Shown piece after piece: positions 28,007 to 37,953 of a DNA stretch of 64,000 bases. Each line of letters opens with the position of its first letter. Position 1 is the first letter of the stretch. The stretch spans positions 64,001 to 128,000 of IMG/VR virus record IMGVR_UViG_3300018430_000021; one strand, written 5' to 3'. A program made the position numbers and the translations under genes. The notes under the pieces were generated by a model. That model ran no database searches, was not told where the DNA came from, and was given only the letters and a program-made list of their open reading frames with translations. The stretch comes from a virus. Taxonomy: Duplodnaviria; Caudoviricetes.

Positions 28007-28386
28007 TAGTTAGTCTCCTTGTTAGTTTCTTCAGTTTTTGTATTATCTTGAACCCACTTGTTCAATGCGAAAACATCCATTTCATGACTTTCAGGTTCGG
28101 TAATTACACCAGCCTTAAGCATATTCGTAATTGCATTGTAATAGGCAATTTCACGACCTGTCTTCTTACTGAAAGTGTCCTTATAAGAACAATAGGCATA
28201 GCCCTTATAAACAGTGGACATATCTGCATGGTCAATAACTTCACCGATTGCAACAACCGTATTATGTTCCTGCCAAGTAACAGAAATTGTACGTCCATAC
28301 TGGTCCTTCGAGAACTTTGCCTTATCTTCTGTACGATAACGAACCTTAATGATAAATGTTCGTCCATTTGATAATGTTAATCTCAT
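28006..28386 (-). CDS. phage hypothetical protein
   Basis: AYCSYKDTFSKKTGREIA motif, of a type common in phage proteins. Confidence 0.75.
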   Translation of the reverse strand: MRLTLSNGRTFIIKVRYRTEDKAKFSKDQYGRTISVTWQEHNTVVAIGEVIDHADMSTVYKGYAYCSYKDTFSKKTGREIAYYNAITNMLKAGVITEPESHEMDVFALNKWVQDNTKTEETNKETN

Positions 28387-28471
28387 AGTTTCTTCCTTAT
28401 TAAATTTTGCAAATAAATATAGCTAATGTTAAAAAACATTAGCCATATAGTAATAGATTTTTTCTGGATTT

Positions 28472-29674
28472 TTAAATAATATTCGGAGACTTTGTATCGA
28501 AAATGCAAAGCATCTCGTTTATGTGACCGTCTGATTCCAACCAGCATTCACTGTTATTGATGAAATCATACTGCCAATTCAAAACCTCGTTATACTTATC
28601 TTTTTTGCAGAGTTTCCAGAACATTGTATCTATTTCGTCGATAGAAGATGTATCGAAGAACTTACATTCTGGATGAATTTCTCGATACGGACTATCATCG
28701 TTTGCCTTGAAAACGTCGCCGATAAATACACAACCGCAAGCACAAGCTTCTGTAAATCTTAAAGAAGACTTACATCTGTTGAACGGGTTATCGACGATGG
28801 AAGCAATACTGAAATCGGCATGCAATTCCATAAACTTTCTCGGGAAGGTATGCGAGTCAGACCATGGAACGTATGTAATCTTGTTCTTGATAGGTTCAAA
28901 GAAGAACGGCAATGAACCTACAACAACGAAATCAATCTTGTCTTCTTTAACATTTTTAATAACCCAATCACAAAGCGCCGTATTCCAGTCACCTTTGTCA
29001 CCAGGCTGTCCAGGATGTCCATTCGGGAAATTCGGATTCTGACCAGGCTTAAGTGTAGGAATCGGTGTACGGAAATGTGTTGGACTTCCGGAATAAATTA
29101 CAACCGGTTTCTTAAGGTCTTCTTCTACTGGTTTCTTACGTTCAAAATTCCAAAGATAACGCGGAACAACGTTCTTTACAACCTTGACGTTATTGTGACC
29201 GAAAACTTTTTCGACCATCTTCTTAAGATACGGAGTAGAACAGATAACCTGGTCAACCATCGGAAGTACGGCTTTCATTACATCCATAATCTGGCCGATA
29301 TTGGACATAAATCCGTCATGACCAGGATTATAAGACGGAACTGCGTCATCTTTTCCTTCACCAGTAAGGAATACAAGATCATCGAATTCGGCGACAATCT
29401 TGTAATTGAATCGCGGCTGTAATTCCTTGTAACGTGTAATAATCTGAATGTCCATCGGATTGATTGGACGCTGGAAAATCAATGCCTTTGTTCTTGCAAG
29501 ATAACCTGGATCGAATGTCGGAAACGGCAAAACAATCGGATAAACACCCATGTTATGTCCGTTAATATATTCACTATTGTATCGAAGTCTTACATGACTG
29601 CAACCAGAATTATCCTTACAGAAAATTAGTGCAAGATTTTTTCCATCTGAATTTTCAGTATGTGCATTTAACAT
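28472..29674 (-). CDS. glycosyltransferase (GT-B-like)
   Basis: SGC..VRL, IFQR, EFDDL, CSTPYL..N, YSGS..H, DFSIA.I.DNPFNRCKS.L+..E. Confidence 0.8.
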   Translation of the reverse strand: MLNAHTENSDGKNLALIFCKDNSGCSHVRLRYNSEYINGHNMGVYPIVLPFPTFDPGYLARTKALIFQRPINPMDIQIITRYKELQPRFNYKIVAEFDDLVFLTGEGKDDAVPSYNPGHDGFMSNIGQIMDVMKAVLPMVDQVICSTPYLKKMVEKVFGHNNVKVVKNVVPRYLWNFERKKPVEEDLKKPVVIYSGSPTHFRTPIPTLKPGQNPNFPNGHPGQPGDKGDWNTALCDWVIKNVKEDKIDFVVVGSLPFFFEPIKNKITYVPWSDSHTFPRKFMELHADFSIASIVDNPFNRCKSSLRFTEACACGCVFIGDVFKANDDSPYREIHPECKFFDTSSIDEIDTMFWKLCKKDKYNEVLNWQYDFINNSECWLESDGHINEMLCIFDTKSPNII

Positions 29675-30354
29675 TAGTCTTCTTCACCTCTAAAATCATC
29701 GACCGTGTTAAGATTTTCATAAAAATCAAGACCCGGGATTTCTTTTTCTTTTCTTTCATTAAGCTGATTAATATAGAGAATAATAGCATTACTGATTAGC
29801 TGTGTAACAAATGCGAAAGCACTCGTATCTCTATCTTCATCATATCTATTTATATAGGTGAAAAGAGTCATTAAGCATTCTTGACGTATATCTTCAATAT
29901 CTTCGCGGTCCTTGCTTGTAACAAGCTTAAACGAAATAATACGACCGTTAATAACCTTCATGAATGCTTCACAAATTTCTTTCTTAATCAAGTCAAGTTC
30001 ATAGTTATAATGACGACGTTCTTCAGGACTTAACTTCATGTACATTTCACGTAATTCTGGAATATACTTTTCTTTCTTTGTAATAAAGTTCAGACTCGCC
30101 TGATACTGTTCATCTGTCATTAATTTGCTAAGCTTCTTCTTAAGTTCTTTTTCTTCTTTTTCGGGGAGATTTCCTTCTTGAAGCTTCGCCAAGATAATCG
30201 GTCGTTCTTCTTTCGCCTTAGCATACTTATTGTTAAGCTTACTACGATATGGACCGCACCAATTGCCTGTATCGTCTATGTTCTTTCTATTGTATTTGAT
30301 AATCAAATCTCGCAAATACTCATTTGATATGTAACCTTCCTGTTGTTCTTTCAT
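29674..30354 (-). CDS. gp55: T4 gp55-like late sigma factor
   Basis: YISN..L N-terminus; DIRQEC..YINRYD..SAFAFVTQ..NA..YI; agrees with the many TATAAATA promoters. Confidence 0.85.
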   Translation of the reverse strand: MKEQQEGYISNEYLRDLIIKYNRKNIDDTGNWCGPYRSKLNNKYAKAKEERPIILAKLQEGNLPEKEEKELKKKLSKLMTDEQYQASLNFITKKEKYIPELREMYMKLSPEERRHYNYELDLIKKEICEAFMKVINGRIISFKLVTSKDREDIEDIRQECLMTLFTYINRYDEDRDTSAFAFVTQLISNAIILYINQLNERKEKEIPGLDFYENLNTVDDFRGEED

Positions 30355-30466
30355 ATTTCCTCTGCAAAATAAAATTAAAATACAATGTAAACATTGTATT
30401 TTAATATTTAAAATATAGTATTAATTGTAAAAAAATTTTTACAATTGGAATTTTTATTCTGAATTT

Positions 30467-31375
30467 TTAATGTGGAAGGAAGTTTTGTGGTGCCATACCA
30501 TTGTTTGTCATGGTATGATTATTCTTATTCAGCTCGGCTTCTTCTTCCTTGTAAATCTTATTGATTACCTGTTCCATGACTTCAACTTCTGGCCATGCCC
30601 AGTCATTTGTAATCTGAAGATGTGCATACTTACAGATACGGGCAATACGTTCCAGAACATTTGGAAGCGGGAAGAAAGTGAATAGATTATCGTCACTGAG
30701 GTCAATACTTATCGGCATTGTACCACCGCAATGAGGACAATGAATTAAGAATTCCTTATCAAAACCGCAGAAATTATTTTCTATAGTATTAAACAATTTC
30801 GCAGAATCAAGACCTGACATATTTTCTACGAGATTGCATTTTTGTTTAAACGGAATATCCAAATCAATCCATAATGCCATCTCTTCGATATATGTTTTCG
30901 GTTTATAAAGCGAATCTGAAAACTTAGGAATAGTTAAAGGCATTTCAACGTTATAATCTTCAAGATATATCTTTTTAATGAATTCTTTATCGAGATATTT
31001 AATCTTAAAATCAGAAAGTCTTACTTCAGCCTTATAAGCGGCTTTACATTCCGGGCATTCTTTAACGTCAAAAACATAGCTACTACCATTAGTAAAACTA
31101 TTGTTTCTAATCCAGAAAATTAGATAGATACGGTCAGGAAGATAAAGATCCTCCAGCTTTATATTCTCAAGATAAGAACATTTAAACAGAAGTTCGTTAC
31201 ATACTTCAGTTGCCAATTCCGGTCGATATGTAGCAAGAAACTTCACATCCAAAACAGACATGCTTCGCATTTTAATCTTAGCGTCTTTAGGATAGAACAT
31301 TCCTCGTGTTGGTAATTCGTTTAAAGGTATGTTCCAATAATTGTACTTATCATAAGAATATTGAGACGGATGCAT
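30467..31375 (-). CDS. baseplate hub subunit (gp26-like)
   Basis: LPTRGMFY..MRSMSV.D.K.L, D..YLIFWIR, CPEC and CPHCG. Confidence 0.7.
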   Translation of the reverse strand: MHPSQYSYDKYNYWNIPLNELPTRGMFYPKDAKIKMRSMSVLDVKFLATYRPELATEVCNELLFKCSYLENIKLEDLYLPDRIYLIFWIRNNSFTNGSSYVFDVKECPECKAAYKAEVRLSDFKIKYLDKEFIKKIYLEDYNVEMPLTIPKFSDSLYKPKTYIEEMALWIDLDIPFKQKCNLVENMSGLDSAKLFNTIENNFCGFDKEFLIHCPHCGGTMPISIDLSDDNLFTFFPLPNVLERIARICKYAHLQITNDWAWPEVEVMEQVINKIYKEEEAELNKNNHTMTNNGMAPQNFLPH

Positions 31376-32427
31376 TACTTAAATTCACTCCACAACCAAT
31401 TATCATTTTCATCATTTGATAACTCTTCAACCATCATGTCGAGAGTCTTATCACCATTATCTACAAGCTGAACTGTCTTACAACTGTCAAGGTCGATTTC
31501 CGGCTGTAATGTTGCATAAACACCCCAATAAAGACCGGAAACAAGGTCATCATGAGTTCCCTTAGCACCCTTGAAAACGTTAGGCGAAACTTCTTCGAAA
31601 CGGGAAAGCTGAGCAATCGTATTGGCGTCATAAATTTTAAGGATTCTTGCGTCAATAAGTCTCTTTGTTTCCATACATGCATCAAGTTTTGATTTCTTAT
31701 CAGCACGAGTTCCAAGACCATGCTTATCTGTGTTAATCAAATTCGTATTTTCAAGAACATACCAAAGTTCTTCAGAAACCTGACGACCGACGTCATTATT
31801 TTCAAGAATATAATAAGCATTATTATACATCTTGGAAGTCTGGTCAATAATACGAGCGAATTTTCCAGGAGTTACGGTATTCGACATGTAAGTACAAACC
31901 TGTTCCATGTCGTTTCTTCCGTTGATTTTAATAACCTGAATTGCCGCATAGTCACCACCGACACCAGTCGCACAGTCAACACCCATGACATAGAGTGCAC
32001 CAGGAATTGGTTTTTCGTAAATGCACATATCCAAATCATAGAGATAATCGATAGGTTCTTTCTGCATCAAATCACTAAGAACATTAGGGTCGATAAGCGT
32101 CTGAGAAGAACCGATGAAGCTACAGTTATGATTTATCAAACCGTTAGGAGTTGAATATTCTTTTCCGTCAACTTCAACCGGTGTAATAACTGTCTGAGCT
32201 TCATTAAGTAAAGTTATATTCTTTACTGTACTTTTTCCAAATTCAGTATTTTCAACTTCTTGACCAACATATAAAGAATTTGCTTCTACAAATCCTTTTT
32301 CTGTTTTTAACTTATGGTCGATTGAGCATTTTAATGTTGTATTATCAAATTCGATAAGTACAGTTTTTGCGAGCTTCTTCATGAAGCCCTTAAAAGTTTT
32401 AAATTCATTACCGCATAATATTTTCAT
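31375..32427 (-). CDS. terL: terminase large subunit C-terminal half (nuclease domain) fused to a split-intein C-fragment
   Basis: Residues 1-101 are IntC (CSIDH block B, ..NGLINHN). The extein begins CSFIGSSQTLID and has YVMGVDCATGVGGDYA, ILENNDVG and HDDLV gp17 nuclease motifs; no ATPase motifs. Confidence 0.92.
   Translation of the reverse strand: MKILCGNEFKTFKGFMKKLAKTVLIEFDNTTLKCSIDHKLKTEKGFVEANSLYVGQEVENTEFGKSTVKNITLLNEAQTVITPVEVDGKEYSTPNGLINHNCSFIGSSQTLIDPNVLSDLMQKEPIDYLYDLDMCIYEKPIPGALYVMGVDCATGVGGDYAAIQVIKINGRNDMEQVCTYMSNTVTPGKFARIIDQTSKMYNNAYYILENNDVGRQVSEELWYVLENTNLINTDKHGLGTRADKKSKLDACMETKRLIDARILKIYDANTIAQLSRFEEVSPNVFKGAKGTHDDLVSGLYWGVYATLQPEIDLDSCKTVQLVDNGDKTLDMMVEELSNDENDNWLWSEFK
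32125..32427 (-). mobile_element. atypically split intein, C-terminal fragment (101 aa)
   Basis: Ends in His-Asn followed by Cys+1; lacks block A; layout resembles AceL/GOS-TerL IntC. Confidence 0.88.
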
Positions 32428-32460
32428 AGTTTACCTTTTACAGTTGCTTCTATATTTATA

Positions 32461-32486
32461 AACCCGGTCTTTTGAACCGGGTTTTT
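32461..32486 (-). terminator. terminator separating regA from terL-C
   Basis: aacccggt-cttttga-accgggtt. Confidence 0.65.
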
Positions 32487-32488
32487 GA

Positions 32489-32902
32489 TTAATCGAATGA
32501 ATTTATTAAGTTGCTTGTATGGAATTTTTTAACTTTCATAAATTTATCAGCATCAGCATGTTTTACTATTTCTACTTTCATATTGTGCGGCTCGATTTCT
32601 TCTGGATTTACGATTTTTATCATGTTCCATTGTGCGAGCAAGAACGCTATTCGGTTTCTACGCTCGATGTCTTCCAATGAAACATTACCAAATCCATGAT
32701 AGCCGCTTTTATCTGTACTGATAGTAAATAACTGCTTAAAGTGTGCCAGATAATATGTTCCAAACTGTTCAAACAAGTGGCATGACTGATAGATTATTTT
32801 CTTTTTGTAGTCGACTATTCCAATACGTGAAAGTGTCTCTTCAATAACCCACTTATCCACCAGCAACTTGACTTCCAATAATTTGTTTGTTGGTCTTGTC
32901 AT
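32489..32902 (-). CDS. regA: RegA translational repressor
   Basis: ETLSRIGI..K.IYQSCHL..YYLAHFKQLF..DIERRNRIA.LL.QW. Confidence 0.92.
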   Translation of the reverse strand: MTRPTNKLLEVKLLVDKWVIEETLSRIGIVDYKKKIIYQSCHLFEQFGTYYLAHFKQLFTISTDKSGYHGFGNVSLEDIERRNRIAFLLAQWNMIKIVNPEEIEPHNMKVEIVKHADADKFMKVKKFHTSNLINSFD

Positions 32903-33327
32903 TAGTATTCCTCTGGTTTCCAGTCAAAGTCCTTGAGTTCCTTATCAAAAAATTTACCAGCCAAATAATCGGTGTCAAGTTCATCGCTCACTTCACTTAA
33001 GAAAGAATCCATAAGGATATTCTTTACTTTCGTATATCTTACAAGGTCTCTTTCCGTAAGCTTAGCAAAGCCGTAATCACTATAACCGTGTTCTCTATAA
33101 ACATCTGCGATTTTCTGCTTCAGTTCTGAGATATTGATAAATTTCTTGTTGTAAATCAAATACTTGACATTGTTAATTTCACGTGCTGTCCATGTTTCAG
33201 GATTGCACTTCGCAACAGTATCTTCAATAGTATCTTCGGCCTGAACAGGCTTAATAACAGTACGTTTAACCAATTCATCCGTGCTCTTATTTACCTGTCC
33301 ATTAACATATTCCGAAAAACTGCTCAT
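32902..33327 (-). CDS. late hypothetical protein
   Basis: TATAAATA-N4-ATG; MSSFSEYV start. Confidence 0.8.
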   Translation of the reverse strand: MSSFSEYVNGQVNKSTDELVKRTVIKPVQAEDTIEDTVAKCNPETWTAREINNVKYLIYNKKFINISELKQKIADVYREHGYSDYGFAKLTERDLVRYTKVKNILMDSFLSEVSDELDTDYLAGKFFDKELKDFDWKPEEY

Positions 33328-33334
33328 ATCTTAT

Positions 33335-34129
33335 TTATACCGATTTTGGCAAGAAGAACTGCGGAACGAATGCAATCGGGAGCGTAACTTCTTCTTCGCA
33401 AATAGGACACTTGAAAATAGCATACGGATAAGCATTGAAGATATATGGATCCAAATCATTAGTAAGCTTACTGAAATCAACAGCGTCAAGATTCAAGATA
33501 TAGCGATATGCCTGAATCAAAGTCAACGACTTACCATTGAGTTCCTTGAAATATGCTGCCATATCAAGAACATCCGGAAGCAAGTCTTCAACAATTTGCT
33601 CGTTGGTCTTGAGTTTGTTAATTTCTGTTTCTGTAGAAATAGTCGGGAATTCAATCTTTACCTTATCCTTGCCTACTTCGAAATATTCTGGAAGTTCCTT
33701 GTCAAGATACTGTACTTTCAAGTTCTTAAGCTGATAGTCAAATGTAGCGATGGTTTCGCAACTGTTACATTTTCCACGAAGCTTAAACGGAGCGTCGTTA
33801 TAAGTAAATGCACGAAGATAGAAAATAAGCCAAAGCTTATCGCCTACAAGAATCTTATTTGGGTCAATATTGAACAAACAAGACTTAAGAACATTATTGA
33901 TAACTGACATAATATTCTTTTCGTCAATACTTGCAAGATTTCTTACATTAAGAGTCGAAAGTTTCTTAATATAAATATCTTCCGTATAATAACGGCCGCG
34001 AGAAGGCATTAAAGTCTTGTCCAGCAATACTGCATTACTCGGAATTGCGTTCTGTAACTGTGCCAAAACTTCACCGAGATTTCCATTGTTTATGTTTGAT
34101 AAATCTATTGGTTCTGATTTAGAAGCCAT
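33335..34129 (-). CDS. baseplate hub subunit (second gp26-like)
   Basis: MPSRGRYY, GDKLWLIFYLR, CNSC, CPIC..P..PQFFLP. Confidence 0.7.
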   Translation of the reverse strand: MASKSEPIDLSNINNGNLGEVLAQLQNAIPSNAVLLDKTLMPSRGRYYTEDIYIKKLSTLNVRNLASIDEKNIMSVINNVLKSCLFNIDPNKILVGDKLWLIFYLRAFTYNDAPFKLRGKCNSCETIATFDYQLKNLKVQYLDKELPEYFEVGKDKVKIEFPTISTETEINKLKTNEQIVEDLLPDVLDMAAYFKELNGKSLTLIQAYRYILNLDAVDFSKLTNDLDPYIFNAYPYAIFKCPICEEEVTLPIAFVPQFFLPKSV

Positions 34130-34166
34130 TTTTCACCTCATAATTAAATTAACACTATATTTATAT

Positions 34167-35642
34167 TTATGCTTGCTTTCTTAAACGATAAATCTTATAT
34201 TTACCGCCCTTACTTGAACCGTTGATAATGTAATTACCGCTACGTACATATTCGCCCTGTACTTGATTTTTAGAATCTCCAGTAGATTCTGCGGTTTTAA
34301 CAACAGTCTTAGTAGAAAGACTAGAAACATCCTGGTCAATAAACAAGATATGGTCTCTGCTCTGGTCCTTACCAGAACCACCAGTAGTAGTTGCACGTAA
34401 TGCAATATCGCCACGTTTTAATTCCATACCTTCTTCAACTTCGACTTCTTCGTATAATTCAGGGTGTTCAATCATATATTTCTGAATTTCACGTGTATTA
34501 AGACGCTTCTTGTCGGTTGCATAATTCATAATGCTCTTGTCAACAGCCGCAAGAATAGGAGTAGCAAATCCGGAACAGTCAATACCTTTAGTTTTGTCTC
34601 CGTTCCAAGAACGATCCTTGAATTCCATGCTTGTCGTATCAACATAGTCCTGATGACCATATACAAGACCTTCAGATTTACTAATCGACTTCATTTCTTC
34701 AATCTTAGAAACGAGAAGACCAGTATCGCCATTAGAAGAAGATGCACCCGTTACATTCAAAGTATTTACACTAGCAAGCTGTCTATCAATTTCTAGGATT
34801 TCATCGACGCTTCCATTATTCTTTATCAATTCACTACGCTTCTTAAACAAATCTAACTGTTTTTCAATAGAAGCATATTCTTCATTATTCGAATTTAAAC
34901 CAAGAGATTGAGCTTGGCTTAAACGTTCAGAAAGATTCATCTGAATAGCATTTAATTCGGATTGTGTTAACGGACGTTGAGTAGTCAATGCGTTTGCTTT
35001 ATTCTGATGAATTGTAGCAGCATTTTTATTATATTCTTCCTGAGTTCTCGAATTAAGTATATCGTCTTTAAATGTTTCAGGATCAGGAAGTGAAGAATGT
35101 ACTTCTCCGATTTCTTCTGCAATAGAATTTAATTTATAACGAACTACAAATTCTGCTTCTACTTCAATAGGATTACCGAAGTTTAAGTTTGAAAAATTCG
35201 GAGAGCTAAGTCTCTTTAAATGACAAGCATAGATATTGGAAACAACCGTATTTCTCATAGATTGGTCTAATTCGTCAATCTTTATTTTAATAATTTTTGG
35301 AGCACAGTTATTCCATAAATTTGCTTCCATATCTGCATTTTCTATATTGTTAAATAGAAAACCGTTGAGAAAATAAGTAACACTCATCTTATCGGTTTCC
35401 ATAAAAACAATCTTCAATGTAGACTGACCGAAATCGAAAATAGGAATTACATATTGTGTATTACCGAATCTCTGTCTATTTTCCGTATTCATATTCCAAA
35501 TCGGAAGTTCTACAGATTTAACGTAATATGTCAAGGATTCGATTTCTTCTGCACCTTTATTGTAGAAGAAAGTAACTTTAAAACGATATGCGATATGCGG
35601 TTTAATCGTTTTATTAAAGCTATATACATTCAATAATCCCAT
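34167..35642 (-). CDS. tail-tube-like domain fused to an NlpC/P60 hydrolase
   Basis: N-terminal YRFKVTF..VKSVELP gp19/gp54-like pattern; C-terminal YG..GIDCSGF..GDI..DHI. Confidence 0.7.
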   Translation of the reverse strand: MGLLNVYSFNKTIKPHIAYRFKVTFFYNKGAEEIESLTYYVKSVELPIWNMNTENRQRFGNTQYVIPIFDFGQSTLKIVFMETDKMSVTYFLNGFLFNNIENADMEANLWNNCAPKIIKIKIDELDQSMRNTVVSNIYACHLKRLSSPNFSNLNFGNPIEVEAEFVVRYKLNSIAEEIGEVHSSLPDPETFKDDILNSRTQEEYNKNAATIHQNKANALTTQRPLTQSELNAIQMNLSERLSQAQSLGLNSNNEEYASIEKQLDLFKKRSELIKNNGSVDEILEIDRQLASVNTLNVTGASSSNGDTGLLVSKIEEMKSISKSEGLVYGHQDYVDTTSMEFKDRSWNGDKTKGIDCSGFATPILAAVDKSIMNYATDKKRLNTREIQKYMIEHPELYEEVEVEEGMELKRGDIALRATTTGGSGKDQSRDHILFIDQDVSSLSTKTVVKTAESTGDSKNQVQGEYVRSGNYIINGSSKGGKYKIYRLRKQA

Positions 35643-35660
35643 GCTATATTTATAAATGAA

Positions 35661-35687
35661 AAAAGGAACACCAAACGGTGTTCCCTT
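35661..35687 (-). terminator. intrinsic terminator
   Basis: ggaacacc-aaac-ggtgttcc with an A run on the + strand. Confidence 0.75.
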
Positions 35688-35705
35688 TAAATTTTCGGAA
35701 TTAAC

Positions 35706-36191
35706 CTATTCTTTTATGAGTTCATATCCGTTTCTTTCAAGGATAGCCTTGGCTTCCATGAATTTGTTTCCATGTGAACGTTCTTTGTCTTGTTTCTTTG
35801 CACATGCTGGACATATGCATTCTTTTTTGTTGGTAAAATCACAGTCGTCATCACCCTTGATAACCTGACCGCATTTCTTACACTTTCTGAATTTTCCTTT
35901 TCCATTAAATGATTCAGCCTGTAAGTCTGCTTCATAGTCGAATTCATCATTTTTAAGAGTATCTTCAACTGTAGGTTCCTTACGTGTGAAGATGTGCATC
36001 ATGTCGATAATAAGTGCACCGAATTCATCTTCGATTTCATCATATGTACTGTAAACATTATCGGCAATGTACTGGATGCATTCGCTGGTAGTACAAGGAG
36101 CGTCAAACTTCTTACAGTGTTCGATATATTCCTTGACCTGACGGATAACCTCAGGTTCAAGATCTGCTGCAGATTCAATAATTCTTTTCAT
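35706..36191 (-). CDS. late protein with zinc ribbon
   Basis: CKKCG..CPAC; TATAAATA promoter, GAGG RBS. Confidence 0.75.
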   Translation of the reverse strand: MKRIIESAADLEPEVIRQVKEYIEHCKKFDAPCTTSECIQYIADNVYSTYDEIEDEFGALIIDMMHIFTRKEPTVEDTLKNDEFDYEADLQAESFNGKGKFRKCKKCGQVIKGDDDCDFTNKKECICPACAKKQDKERSHGNKFMEAKAILERNGYELIKE

Positions 36192-36246
36192 TTTTAACCT
36201 CTTTCTTATTTATATAAATATTCAGTTAAGCAAATTGTGAGGTGAT

Positions 36247-36936
36247 ATGAAAATAGCCGGATTAGACTTGTCTGTGACAAGTAGTGGAATTATTATTGAA
36301 GAACTGGACGATAAATTTGATATTGTGAACCTTGAACGTCACGGGTTTACAACAGTTCAAAAAAATGCTATATTAGAAGGTATCGAGCTTTATCGATATG
36401 AAGATTACCGTAATACATACCAACGTTACACAGCTCTTCAGAATAAGATTCTTGACTGGTGTAAGGATTGCGAGTATATCGGAGTAGAAGCATACGCTAT
36501 TTCTCGAGGACAAAATGGTAAGGTTTTCGACCTTGCCGAATATGAAGGTTATATTAAACAGGAGTTATTCAGACAGGGCAAAAAATTACGATTCTATCCG
36601 CCAAACCAGAATAAGAAGATATTCACCGGTTATGGTAAAGCCGATAAAATCAGAATGAAAAACGAAGTAGTCGACAGAAACGAAAAGAAGAGTTATGGCA
36701 ATATTCTTTTGAATATTTCAGATCTTCCGCCGGTTAAAAACGGTAAGAAAGGTACACCTCCTACTTCTGATATTATTGATGCATTTTCATTGGCCGAAAG
36801 TTTAAGACTTGAATTAAAGCTTAAATTCGGTGTAGAAAAGATAGATGACCAGCCAGATTATATTAAAGAAGTATTTGTAAAGTCAACAGAAGAACATCCT
36901 CTCGGATTATTGAATACTGATTTTATCTATAAATAA
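36247..36936 (+). CDS. RuvC-like Holliday junction resolvase
   Basis: IAGLDLS..SG, VEAYA, TGYGKADK, DIIDAF catalytic acidic pattern. Confidence 0.8.
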   Translation: MKIAGLDLSVTSSGIIIEELDDKFDIVNLERHGFTTVQKNAILEGIELYRYEDYRNTYQRYTALQNKILDWCKDCEYIGVEAYAISRGQNGKVFDLAEYEGYIKQELFRQGKKLRFYPPNQNKKIFTGYGKADKIRMKNEVVDRNEKKSYGNILLNISDLPPVKNGKKGTPPTSDIIDAFSLAESLRLELKLKFGVEKIDDQPDYIKEVFVKSTEEHPLGLLNTDFIYK

Positions 36937-36950
36937 TACAGAGGTTTGTT

Positions 36951-37436
36951 ATGGCAGAATATTTAAAAGAAGCACTTGAAATTCTCAAGGAAAACGGTTA
37001 TATTGTTGAAACTTTCAATACTATCGGCGATTCCGACAATGATATAGACGGTGACCGTTATGACGGAAGACCACTTAAAGTTACTGTCGGCGGCGAATAT
37101 ACTGGAACAGACTACGAAGATTGGATTGGTACAGTACGTGATGCTGTTTGGGATTGCTGCTGCGGCTACGATATTCCAGTTGAACAGTTCGACCAGTTCA
37201 TGGAAGAACATACCGGTGACATCGAAGACGCTTGGATTGTCAAGAAATGGCCTAAGGAATTCGGTAGATCCCTATTCAGCAAGTATTTCGACGAATTTGA
37301 TATTGCTGGTGAAGAACAAGAAAATTTTCAGCCGATTGAAGATGTAAAACCTGATAAGTTCCAACGTAACAAGAATAAATTTAACCGTAATTCTGGAAAG
37401 CGTTCACATCATAGCTTTGATGAATTTGATGATTAA
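36951..37436 (+). CDS. late acidic protein, probably virion-internal
   Basis: TATAAATA promoter; EALEILKENGY motif. Confidence 0.75.
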   Translation: MAEYLKEALEILKENGYIVETFNTIGDSDNDIDGDRYDGRPLKVTVGGEYTGTDYEDWIGTVRDAVWDCCCGYDIPVEQFDQFMEEHTGDIEDAWIVKKWPKEFGRSLFSKYFDEFDIAGEEQENFQPIEDVKPDKFQRNKNKFNRNSGKRSHHSFDEFDD

Positions 37437-37450
37437 TAAGGAAAAATAAA

Positions 37451-37918
37451 ATGGTAAGTAAAATATTTTTGGATGTCGATGGCGTTCTTGCCGACTTCAG
37501 AGGCCAGTGCGAACGATACAACTGTATCGAAGGTACTAAAGTCGATTGGAATGTCATTCATAGTGCAGGCCCTAAGTTCTGGGAAGAAATCGATTGGACC
37601 GCAGAAGGAAAACAGGTCCTTGATTATCTGAAAAAGCTTACTACCGAGTTGGAAATCGAATTGTATATCCTTACAGCAGTTCGTGCTCAGGATGGCAAGG
37701 TTGGTCGAATGAACTGGCTCAGGAAGAATGTCGGTCTTGACAAGCATCACTTGTTGATTGTCAACGGCGGTAAGGAAAAAACTTACTATGCAGAACCTGA
37801 CGCTTTGTTAATCGACGACTACGAAAAGAACTGTGCACTATTTAATGAAGCTGGTGGTCAGGTAATTCAGTTCAAGTCATTTGACCAAATGAAAAATAAA
37901 CTTGAAGACATGATTTAA
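37451..37918 (+). CDS. HAD-family 5'(3')-deoxyribonucleotidase
   Basis: FLDVDGVLADF, ILTA, K..W, LLIDDY..N. Confidence 0.85.
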   Translation: MVSKIFLDVDGVLADFRGQCERYNCIEGTKVDWNVIHSAGPKFWEEIDWTAEGKQVLDYLKKLTTELEIELYILTAVRAQDGKVGRMNWLRKNVGLDKHHLLIVNGGKEKTYYAEPDALLIDDYEKNCALFNEAGGQVIQFKSFDQMKNKLEDMI

Positions 37919-37953
37919 AAAATAAAGGAGATTTTAAAATCTCCTTTTTAATT

